A DNA stretch of 64,000 bases from Obrimoposthia wandeli (taxonomy: Eukaryota). The position numbers were made by a program, and so were the translations under genes. Location of the stretch: NCBI GenBank assembly GCA_977020255.1, contig CDROCS010002694.1, forward strand, positions 620,001-684,000, given 5' to 3'. Each line of letters opens with the position of its first letter. The first letter of the stretch is position 1. Positions 20,186 to 30,105 of this stretch are shown here, one piece after another. The notes below the pieces were generated by a model. That model ran no database searches and was not told where the DNA came from. It worked only from the letters and a program-made list of their open reading frames with translations.

Positions 20186-20408
20186 TCAGTCTTTCATGTT
20201 AATATTGGTATATATTGTCAATTCTCCTATGAATATTAAAAGAAATTATATTAAATGTAAACATACCTAAATATTTCGAAATTAAATTACATATTTTATC
20301 TCCAACAATTTCCGGAGTATCATTTTCTGAAAAGTAATTTTTTTTATAATCTTCCATTAAATCTGGAGATAATTTAATGTATAATTTATTCCAAATTTTA
20401 TTTTCCAT
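20186..20408 (-). CDS. Small spliced hypothetical protein (60 aa; 40-nt intron 20266-20227)
   Basis: GTATGT..CATAG phase-1 intron gives MENKIWNKL...KYLGELTIYTNINMKD*. Confidence 0.55.
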
Positions 20409-20479
20409 CTTACAAAAAACATTATATATAAATTTGTTTATATTTAGACAATTATGTAACATAATCAATAAAGACAAAA

Positions 20480-20809
20480 TAATAATCAAAAATTTATTTT
20501 TTTGTAGAAGGACCCTCTTCCAGTTTAATCTGGAGGATTTTCTTTCTTGCTGCTCGACGATTATCCTCCATCTCTTCTTTTTACATCCACCTTCTTCTTT
20601 TCCATTTCGATCTTCTTATTCCACTCCACGACCCTACGTCGTTCTGCTAGTCTCCTATCTTGTATCTCCACCCGACGATTCCACTCGGTCGCGACAGCAG
20701 TATACAGATTCTGATTAAAGACCCTCTTTCTTAAGTCTCCTTTCTTCTCGTTTCTCCGAATGTTTTCTTCAATCTTCGTTACCAGACTCTTCATTTTAAT
20801 GAATTCCAA
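20480..20809 (-). pseudogene. Charged coiled-coil gene, copy B, frameshifted
   Basis: Homologous to 2064-2396. Confidence 0.65.
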
Positions 20810-21027
20810 TTTTTAATTATGAAGAGGTTAATAAATTTGAAAATATATATATAAATTTAAGATTTTTTTTAATCCAATTAAATGATATATTTTTATTTAT
20901 CAAATGAGAGTTTAATAAATCTATAACTTATCATTGCATTTAAACCTAATAAACTTAAAAATAGTATTTTAATATTTCTAAATTTAAATTTAAAATAAAA
21001 AAAATATTAAGAAGAAAACACATGAAA

Positions 21028-22816
21028 TTAATTTTTATAAATTATATTCTTAAAAATCTTTACAAAGTCATCATTGGGATCATCCGTATCGAAATCCTTC
21101 CGACTAAGTATTATTGGAGAAAGCGGTACTGGCTCCTTCTTCTTTGGCCTGCCCGGTTTCTTTTTCGGCTTCACTGGTTGTTGTACAGCAACTGTCCTTC
21201 TCTCAGGTTTTGGCAATAGTTGCCGCAACATTTTGGGAGGATGTGCAGCTGATGTTGAGGGCCCCGACATAGAAGTCATCTTCCTCTTCCGTGGGGCTTT
21301 CTTCTGTTTCTCCTCCTTCTCACGCTGAAGCTGGCGTGAGACGGAATCCTGTGGCCCTCGCGAATCTGGAAGCATTGCCGGTGTATCCAGTTCCGCCAGG
21401 AATTCATCCAATCCAGCTTCATCCCAGGCCATCTTCAAGTTCTGGCTGGTTGTTGGAGATGTAGTCTCCCAAGCCCTGGCCAAATTTGATGTCTCCTGTA
21501 GGCGTCGTTGACTCGGTGGCGGACTAATCTCTATTGGTGAGACTGGGATCCTCTCGTATAGAATTGGCCCGTCGTCCACTGGAGATGGGAGAATCTCCTG
21601 CCGTCCAATCACCGCCTCAGAATAATGGCGAATTGAGGTGCTACATTTTCTTGAGCGCCTCGTCTTCTTCACCTCTGCTCGCTTCGCCCGTTTCTTGGGA
21701 AAATGAGTAATTTCTCCCCAAGTCTCCTCAAATATCTGGACGGGTTCCTACAAAATATTAATAATAATTTACCTCTATGATGGGCAGGTTAGCCTGTTTC
21801 ACCAACTTGGCCTTCTTCTGATGGACCGTGTGGGTTTTTACCCGATGACGTTGCGGTTTCTTAACCGCCGCTCGCTTCCTATCCACCGGTTGAATAGGCG
21901 TCGCCTCTTCGAGAATGTTCTCCATCTATGTGAATTATTAAATTTAATATCTAAATAATTTACCTTAAAATTATCTGGAGACGCTAGGTATCGGAGCTGA
22001 CTCCTTGGCAGCTCCTGGCTCCATTGACTCGCCAAGTACTGCGGTTCAATCAGCCTCTCCATCGTGGTCACTGACGGTGCCAAATCCAATTGAAGTTTCT
22101 GAAAATGAAATTAAAAAACATTTAAAATAAATGTTGTCTAACCTCATTCGTTGCTTTTATTCTCCTAACAGGAGATTTCGGCCTTTTGAATGGTTTAGGC
22201 GTTGTATTTTCCGCTATCGGAGTTGGAGTAGCAGAGGGAGTGGGACCATCCCAATCGTCGGTGAACAGGTGCCACTCGTCCTCGTCCAATTCTACCACCA
22301 TCGAATCGTTGGCTCCTGGGGGTCCGATACTTGGCTGTATCCATTCATCTATGAATGGAGTCCAGTCCTCCTCACCATCCGATGGTACGTCATCGGTGAA
22401 CAGATCCTCGTCTGAGTCTGGTGCGAGAACTTTCTCCGGCTGAGACAGCGGGATCAATTTCCATGGCCATGTTCTCCTTGCTGCTACTGCCGAAGTTGCT
22501 GGACGAGAGGCCTCTGGGTTCTGACGGGGAGTACAGTCTTCCCAATTCTCAATGGAATCCTGACTTGTCAGGTCAATATATTGGGATTTCTGTACCCCAC
22601 CTCTCACGTCCATTGGTTCTTCTATTGGAGTTGCGCTGGTCAATGGGGCTTTTTCTTCCAACAGGTCCGCTCTTGCTGCTGCTTCTCGTTCGCTCACCAC
22701 CGATGAGTCTTGACTAAGTAAGTCAATGGTGGTGTTCGCTGCTGTACTGGAGAGAGATCCCCATACAGTTGAACCTCTGTCTCTTCGTCTAGGTCAACGT
22801 TGTTGTAGAATGGCAT
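21028..22816 (-). CDS. Terminal four-exon gene for a ~560-aa acidic/Pro-rich disordered protein with C-terminal AT-hook-like motif
   Basis: Exons 22816-22143, 22098-21964, 21925-21773 and 21747-21028 are joined by phase-0 GT-AG introns of 44, 38 and 25 nt. One frame break near 22750. Confidence 0.75.
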
Positions 22817-22849
22817 TGTTGATTTATGAAAAATAATGAATGGAGGTGT

Positions 22850-22895
22850 CTTTATATACACAAACAGCTTACTAACCCTCTTTTATTGTCCAATG
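22850..22895 (-). promoter_or_regulatory. Canonical TATATAAAG box (22858-22850) with upstream inverted CCAAT box
   Basis: ~40 nt before ATG 22816. Confidence 0.6.
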
Positions 22896-23114
22896 AGAGC
22901 CTCTTATTCAAATAATTTATTTTTTGTAATGTTTTTTTGTGCCTGGAGTTCAAGAATGAAGCCTGCATCGAAGAGGCAGGCGGTGTGCGGTGTATGTTTG
23001 GGGCTGGGGTCTCACATATGCAGTTGAAAGGTAGGTAAATGAGGTAAATGAAAGAAAAATACTGTAGCTCATGTTTTTGTAGTTATTTTCGCGAGAATAG
23101 ACCCCGCCCCTCCG

Positions 23115-23860
23115 GGGCGGGTGGTGGGCGGCGGGGTGTTTCGGTGGGTGGTGTGGGTGGTGTGGGTGGTGTGTTGGGCTGTGGGTGTTGGGCGGTGGGT
23201 GGTGGGGCGGTTGGGTGTTGGGGCGGTTGGGTGTTGGGCGGTTGAGTGTTGGGTGGTGGGGCCGTGGGTGTTGGGCGGTTGAGTGTAGGACAGTTGGGTG
23301 TTGGGCGGTGGGTGATGTGGGGTGGTGTGGGCGGTGGGTGGTGCGGCAGTGGGTGTTGGGCAGTTGGGTGTTGGGCGTTGGGGGTTGTGGGGTGGTGTAA
23401 GTGGTGTGGGTGGTGTGGGTGGTGTGGTGGTGTGGGTGTTGTGTTGGGCTGTGGGTGTTGGGCTGTGGGTGGTGGGGCAGTGGGTGTTGGGCGGTTGGGT
23501 GTTGGGCGGTTGGGTGTTGGGCGGTGGGTGATGTGGGGTGGTGTGGTGGTGTGTGGGTGGTTTGGGTGGTGTGGGTGGTGTGGGTGGTGTGGGTGGTGTG
23601 GGTTGTGTTGGAGTTGTGTTGGGCGGTGGGTGTTGGGCGTTGGGTGGTGGGGCAGTGGGTGGTGGGCGGTGGGTGTTTGGCAGTGGGTGTTGGGCGGTGG
23701 GTGTTGGGGCAGTGGGTGTTGGGCGGTGGGTGATGGGGCGGTGGGTGTTGAGCGATGGGTGGTGGGGCGGTGAGTGTTGGGCGTTGGGTGGTGGGGTGGT
23801 GGGTGTTGGGCGCTTGGGTGTTGGGCCGGTAGGTGGTAGGGCAGTGGGCCGTTGGTGGTT
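23115..23860. repeat. G/T-rich degenerate tandem array (GGTGGTGTG and GTTGGGTGTTGGGCG units) in the subterminal region of B
   Basis: Directly visible; the plus strand is almost devoid of A. Confidence 0.95.
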
Positions 23861-23984
23861 CGCCCCGAGAGGGGCGAAAAAACTAGGATATTGTCGTCAT
23901 CCCAAGGCGCGAGCGTGGTGGGCGGGAAAACTGTGATATAGTCCGCATCCCGAGCCTTTCGCGCCGTCAGGCGTTTGGGGAGGG

Positions 23985-24058
23985 CCTGTCCTTTAAAACT
24001 GTGCATGTGTGTGGAGTGAAATTTCACTCCACACACATGCACGATTTTAAAGGACAGG
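23985..24058. repeat. 74-bp near-perfect palindrome next to the terminus of B
   Basis: CCTGTCCTTTAAAACTGTGCATGTGTGTGGAGTGAAA|TTTCACTCCACACACATGCACGATTTTAAAGGACAGG; the 42-bp core is perfect. Confidence 0.95.
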
Positions 24059-24098
24059 GGGAGGGGAGTGTGGATTAGACTGGACACATTCACCTACT

Positions 24099-25426
24099 GA
24101 TTACCATTGTATTGACTTCTTATCTCCGGACCCCGCTGCATATAGTGGAGCTGCAATATTTTCATAATCTTTAATAAATCGTCGATAATAGTTTGCCAAT
24201 CCTAAAAAGGATTTTAGTTTTCCGCTACAATCTGGTTTTTTAACATTTATAATTTCGTTGACATTCGACTGATTTGTATGTATTCCGCTTTCTGTTATTG
24301 TATGACCTAGGAATTTTAACTGTTTCTAGCCAATGTAGCATTTATATGGGTTTATTTTGAGGCCTTTTTTTTTTGAATACCTCTCTTAATAATTTATAAT
24401 GTTCTTCTTGGTTGTTACTATAAAGAATGATATCATGTATATATACAATTGTTCCTTTGAACAACAAACCATCCTATATTTTATGCATCAAACTCTGAAA
24501 TGTTGCCTGTGCTGTAACCAACCCAAATGGCATGCGATTGAAACAAAATTGTCCTAATTTTGTACTGAAAGCGATTTTTGTCTGAGACTCTTTCTCTAGA
24601 TCTACCTGATAATAAGCTTGTCCAATATCTAATGTCGTCAATATTTTAGCATCACCTAGACAATCGAACAAGAGTTGTGCATCCGGTATGGGGAATGTAC
24701 ACTTCTTGGTTACAGCATTCAATTGTCTGTAGTCAACATACATTCAAATTGTATTGTCTGGCTTCTTCACAATGACCAATGGCGAGTTCCAAGGACTTTC
24801 ACAACGCCTAATTACATTTACATAAAGTAAATTTTCAATCATTTCATCAACTTGGTTTTATAAATGCATCGGTTGTCGTATAGGATTTTGGCAAATAGGA
24901 TCGGCAATAGTCTCAATCTTATAAGAGACAATTATGGTATATCCAAGATCAAATTTAGAACACATAAATATTTTCCCAAATTCCTCAATATAATGTCCTA
25001 GAATTGAGTCTCTATCACATTTTAAAGAATTACATATTTATCTGTTCTTTCTTTTGAGGAAATCTTTTTCATCATGCAAGACAAGACCAAACTACATACT
25101 TCCTGCAGCTTTATCCCAAATGTTTTAATTGTATCGATTCCACCGATAAATACTGGTTTAATTTCTTCTACAACTATTATTTCCAAAACATTCTCCTTTC
25201 CATTCCATAACACTTTAGTATTAAACCTACCTAAAGGCTGTTGATGATTATTCGAAAAAACTCCACTCAGATATAAATTACGCTGTCTCATTTTGTGACA
25301 TCCTACTTTCTTCCAACAATCCTTACTCATTACAGTAACTGATGCTCCGAAGTCCCACAGCATTTCCACATCTACATCATTAATCTTCATTATACTCCAT
25401 TCACGACCATCATTCTTCATATACAT
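24099..25426 (-). pseudogene. pol: Gypsy protease-reverse transcriptase, disrupted
   Basis: LWDFGASVTVM (degenerate D[ST]G); RT ORF 24474-24743. Confidence 0.88.
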
Positions 25427-25446
25427 CTTTTCATTCCGCTTTGGTT

Positions 25447-26607
25447 TTATATGCTCAATCCCACCGACGAAATATGAGCAATGGGATCGCTCACGTTTCC
25501 CTGATTAACATCATGTATTATCATGTCTTCATTATAACAATTTTCTAAATCTTGATTATTTCCTGTCACTTCTTTTGTGATACAAAGTACTCTTGAAGTT
25601 TGATGTGGGTTCTTTAAAATAAAGCAGCTGTTGAAATTGTGACCTTCTTTTCCACAAATCAAACATTTGTGATTGAGAGGACATTGATTTCGGAAATGAC
25701 CTTTTTCGCCACAACAAAAACATGCTCCTGGCTGAAGTTCTTCACTTTTTGTGACAGGCTGTCCCTTAGCTAAGTTATATTTTCTTTTAGCTATTTGTTT
25801 TAAGAAAAACCTTGGCATTGGTCTCCTATTATTTTGATTTTGGGCGTGTCTATTTATGTATGTTTTTTCTTCATTAACATAATTTCTTTGTTCCTGATGT
25901 ACTGATACTGGGAGTTTTTTCTTATTGTTTGAGAAATTGCAGTTGTCAGGACGGTTGTTTTCTCTTTTTATTGTATTTGCATACGAATTCTGAATTTGTG
26001 CAATCACAGTATTCTTTTTCTCGATTTCGCTGTACACCTTTGCCAACGCATCTATTTCTTCTTTTGGCATCTTTGGTTTTAATAAAAACTGCTCCTTTAG
26101 TTTTTCACTTATTACTCTATATTTAATGAAAGTGTCAGTCAGCTCATCTTTGCTAACATTATTTTCAATCATAGCCTCAACGAGTTTTTTCATTCTAATG
26201 CTGAACGCTGAGAAACGCTCGCCTTCTATTTGCTTCACTATTGCAAGTTCGCAAACTTTGTCAACTAGGGATTTCCTTTCTAGGAAATTTTCTTCAAACC
26301 ATTTTTTGACTTCGATATTTGAATTTAACCTTTCACTGGCATCTTTCCATAATAATCCAGCTTCTTCGGTCAACAGCAACTCAAATGCGTCCCCAATATT
26401 ACTCTGATTTGCTTCAACCCATTATCCTATATTCTTTAACCATTGTTCACCTTCCTTTGAACTCATTCCATCGTATCTTCTTATGTTATACTGGAACATC
26501 ATTCTTTGTTCTTTAGGCATAGTCTCGAGGATATTCTTCTTTGATTGACTTCTCGTCACTATATTTATTTCGGCGTGGTCGCCAGTTATGTATTCTATCG
26601 TAGACAT
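25447..26607 (-). pseudogene. gag: Gypsy gag with two CCHC knuckles, one frameshift near 26400
   Basis: CFCCGEKGHFRNQC and CLICGKEGHNFNSC. Confidence 0.88.
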
Positions 26608-26711
26608 AATTCAAGATTTCGAATTCACAACACAATTTATATTATATTCATTAAATATCAGTTCTTAAACAAATTAATGAAAGTATGATAATTCCGGTTT
26701 CTGATTACATA

Positions 26712-27060
26712 ACTGTTTTACCTTTGCAAGTTCACATACTTTATGAACAATATATTTATTTTCTAAGAATTTTTTCCAATCACTTTTTGACTTAAATTTT
26801 TCCATTATAATGCACCTTCGTCGGACAACATCAAATCAAATGCATCCATGAGTATACTCCCATTTACATCGACCCACTCTCCTATATCTTTATCCATTTT
26901 CGCCTTCCTTTGAACTTGTTCCATCATACTTTCTTATGTTGTACTGCAAAATCATTCTGATCTCTTTTGGAAGAAACTCGAGCATAATATTCTTTGCATG
27001 ATTTCTCGTCAATACATTTATTTCGGCGTAATCGCAAGTTATGTTTTCCGTCGTAGACAT
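26712..27060 (-). pseudogene. gag: 5' gag fragment of a diverged sister gypsy
   Basis: MSTTENITCDYAEINVLTR...VCELAKVKQ parallels MSTIEYITGDHAEINIVTR...VCELAIVKQ. Confidence 0.8.
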
Positions 27061-27299
27061 AATTCAAAAGAGTCAGATTCTACAAACATAATATATTTAA
27101 GATGTATACATGACATTTTATGAACAAATATTCTCGGTAGGATATTTCATGCTTCTGATTACATAACTGGGCTAAAGACCAAGACGAAAAACCTTCATAT
27201 ATATTTATTCAACAACTAAAATAATATCACGGGGATATGTCAACAATGATAAGAAATAAGGCCCAATCTAATAAAATAAAAGTAATGTGTTGATTTTTC

Positions 27300-28600
27300 T
27301 AATTGAAACTCCTAAATCCTCGTATGGGGGCCCCCAACGTTAATTCTGTAGCGATAGGGCTTACAGATGTTTGTGGCCTATCTATTCTTATCTTATTTAA
27401 TTCGAGTCTCAAATCTGAATGTTTTCCTTTTATGTTTTGTGGTTGGTGTTGTGTGTAGATAGTTGTTTGCAATATAACTGGGAGGGCCCTAACCCTAATG
27501 TAGTGTAGTGTAATTCTAGAGTAAATTGAAGTTAAAGTTAGAACAAGTCTGGTTAGAAACCTAGACCAAATGGATGTCAAATAGCCAGAGCCAAACGACG
27601 ATAACAATGTTCCTTCCATATTATTGGGACACAGCAATCCTCAAATACCCTAGTGTTTGAAACACTGTCACGTGGTTGTTCCTCGGCCGACCTATATGTT
27701 AGAGGTGTCTATGTCTATGTGGGTGGTGATTCGTAAATCAACTAGTCGACGTTTTTAGGAAACACTATTATAACAAAGGACTAAAAATTGTTTAACTACT
27801 TCACACAAATAGGAACGTTTTAAACTAACTAGATCACTTCTTTACTCCTAAATGGAGATTACACTTACTATTCTGCTTCTCTGTATAACTTGCCCTAAGC
27901 GTTCCTACACAATTATCAGTTCAACATACTACTAGTTTATAATTCACTAAATACGATTTATAATTCACCAAAATCCAGTTCATAATTCAGTAAAACCAAG
28001 TTCATAATTCGCTAAATTCCCTAAGCACGCTCTTAATCTCACCAATTCAATTTCAGGAAATCGGTTCTGATTCGGATCCCTTGCAATAGTTTTATCCTCA
28101 ATAGCGTGTTTTCAGTCCAATCTCTAACTTCAATATGGCTCAGTTCAATCCCGACAATATATTCAGTTCAATTTATGTTTCCCCAACTTTTTCTGCAAAC
28201 TCGTAACAATTAACTTTCTTATATAGCAAAATTACCTCGGGATAATGTTGGATCTGACTTCTGCTTCTAATTAATTCCTCGCCACTAATGGAACTAAAAT
28301 TGATTCCGCGCGACTAGTTGATTTCATAACAGGTGGTAATTTCTCACCGAACACTTAATTACCTTTTTTCCTTCGTTGATTAATTTTACAATTTAATTTA
28401 TTTATTTTCTGAATTCTATTTCTTTTGGCCCTTTTTACACTGTTCTACTTAGTTTATAAATATTTCTCCACGACCCTTCAAGGTCCTAATTTATTTTAAT
28501 TCAACATTTAATTCTAAAATCAATTTATTTTTAATTTTTTACTTAAATTCATTTCGACCTTTGATTTTAAGGTTAAAATTTTTAGTATAAATAATTATTA
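27300..28600 (-). repeat. LTR/leader-like repeat family, copy 1 (homologous to ~55300-56900 and ~60740-61260)
   Basis: Shared blocks such as GAGCCAA.CGACG.TAAC.ATGTTCCTTC, GACC.TTCAAGGTC and GGGCTT.CAG.TGTTTGTGGCCTAT. Confidence 0.6.
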
Positions 28601-28759
28601 TTATTTATGTTATTTATAATTTTTATAATATTTCTTAATCTAGCAAATGTAAGATTAAAAGTACCATAGAGATTTAAACTTTTATTAAAAAGGTTAATAA
28701 TAAAAATCGTTTAAATTCTAAAGTGACCATTTTTAGCTACTGGTGTTTATCAACATTAC

Positions 28760-30105
28760 CGCTCAATGTTATATAATTATATTTATGAGAATAAAGTTGA
28801 TCGGCCCTAGAAATAAATCTGGTTAGCTTGATGCTTTCAGTATCATAAACTTTCTTATATGCTTCACGTGTAAGATTGTTTCTTATCACACTCTTTTTTC
28901 TCATTGAACATTTATTATTATATGCATGTAAACTGTAGCATATAGGACGAAGAAAAGTACAATCATCATACCAATCGTGATTCTCGCTTTCATTCTTCTA
29001 TTTCCTTATAATATCCTTTAAACTCATAGTGTATATAGTTATTTACGGGATATTTATGGGTATCAAGCAAGTTAACCCTAAACATAACAAGTAATAATTG
29101 ATTTTTTAAACTAACATTTTCAAATTCTAAAAAGAAAGAGTCAATGTCGTCAGTAGCGATGTGTATCATGACCATATTTTTCTAATTTATTATATTGGAG
29201 TTCATACATTCTGAGTTTAGAAATGTTTACAACCATTTGACCTATGTAAGTCGGGAGACACATACTCTGTTATCCTAATAATACTGCTTTCAAATCATCT
29301 GCAGTTATAAGACATCACTTGAAGTTGTCTTCGTAAGTTAACAATAATTTCTTAACCTACGGATATTGATGAACAGGTGCCATTGAAAGATCATCTAATT
29401 GGAGTGATTGTAAAGTGGATCTTAACCAATTAGCCGACTTTTCACGAAACCCTATCAACAGTAACAAATTTGCTATCAACTTATTCAAATCTTCCACACC
29501 AAACACCCACGTAAAGTTGGCATGTAATAGAGGTTGAGTAAATACAAATAATTAACGTATATATCTCCAAGGATTGATTTTTGACAATATGATGTTTGTT
29601 GATAAATTGTATTCCACCACGAAGGATAAAGTCATCCATTTGATACATTGCAGGATCTTGCAGTAATTTGATAATCTTAAGTGTATTTTATTACACTTGT
29701 CCATGACAGAGCTGCCAAACTAATGAAATACAAGAGATCAAGGTCATCCTCTGCTAAAAAAAATTCACGAAAGGACTCATTACATAAGCTAAAAGTTAAA
29801 TGTTTAGCTTCTTATAATTAGGCATATACTATAGGATATTTTGACAATTTCCTCCTAGAACGTTCGTGTTTCAGTAATATCTTTAAAACTAATACACTCG
29901 AATTAAGTTATGGACGGAATTTCTGTAGTATTATCTTAATCTGCAACTGTTTGTGCAAATTCATATAGGAATATCCCCTTATCATTTACCAGGTCAGGAA
30001 ACACTGACTGTGTATAAGCCATACAGTTAAAGAAACGGTTAATTTTTTCAGAAAACCACTAAAAAACTGCAGAGAATCTATAAGTTTTAAACTTCAGAAT
30101 TCAAT
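28760..30105 (-). pseudogene. polB: Third, older pPolB relic with internal deletions
   Basis: Recognisable DSLQF, KGIFLY, D.LQ..YQMDD and motif C IATDDIDSFF blocks. Confidence 0.85.

Larger units (their letters stand above)
16007..24098 (-). mobile_element. Polinton element B, terminus through the N-terminal two-thirds of pPolB, cut at 16007 by element A
   Basis: Terminus AGTAGGTGAATGTGTCCAGTCTAATCCACAC at 24098; same gene order as A 1451-6975, inverted. Confidence 0.92.
24099..27170 (-). mobile_element. Ty3/gypsy LTR retrotransposon, 5' part, cut within pol by Polinton B
   Basis: gag-protease-RT order; RT motifs VDYRQLN, PIPD, RMPFGL, FLGH, SFLGLANYYRRFI. Confidence 0.92.

Noticed and set aside
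22748-22767. 20-nt GT-AG segment whose removal would repair the terminal gene's frame
   Set aside because: Not AT-rich like the other introns and very short; a 1-nt deletion explains the frame break equally well. Left unresolved.
23115-24058. Possible CRISPR-like or RNA-gene structure in the repeats and hairpin
   Set aside because: No repeat-spacer periodicity, no cas genes, eukaryotic context, and no tRNA or rRNA signatures.
23083-24093. 336-aa Pro/His/Thr-rich ORF and the overlapping Gly/Val/Trp-rich plus-strand ORFs
   Set aside because: Translations of the G/T tandem array, which lacks stop codons by composition; no coding evidence.
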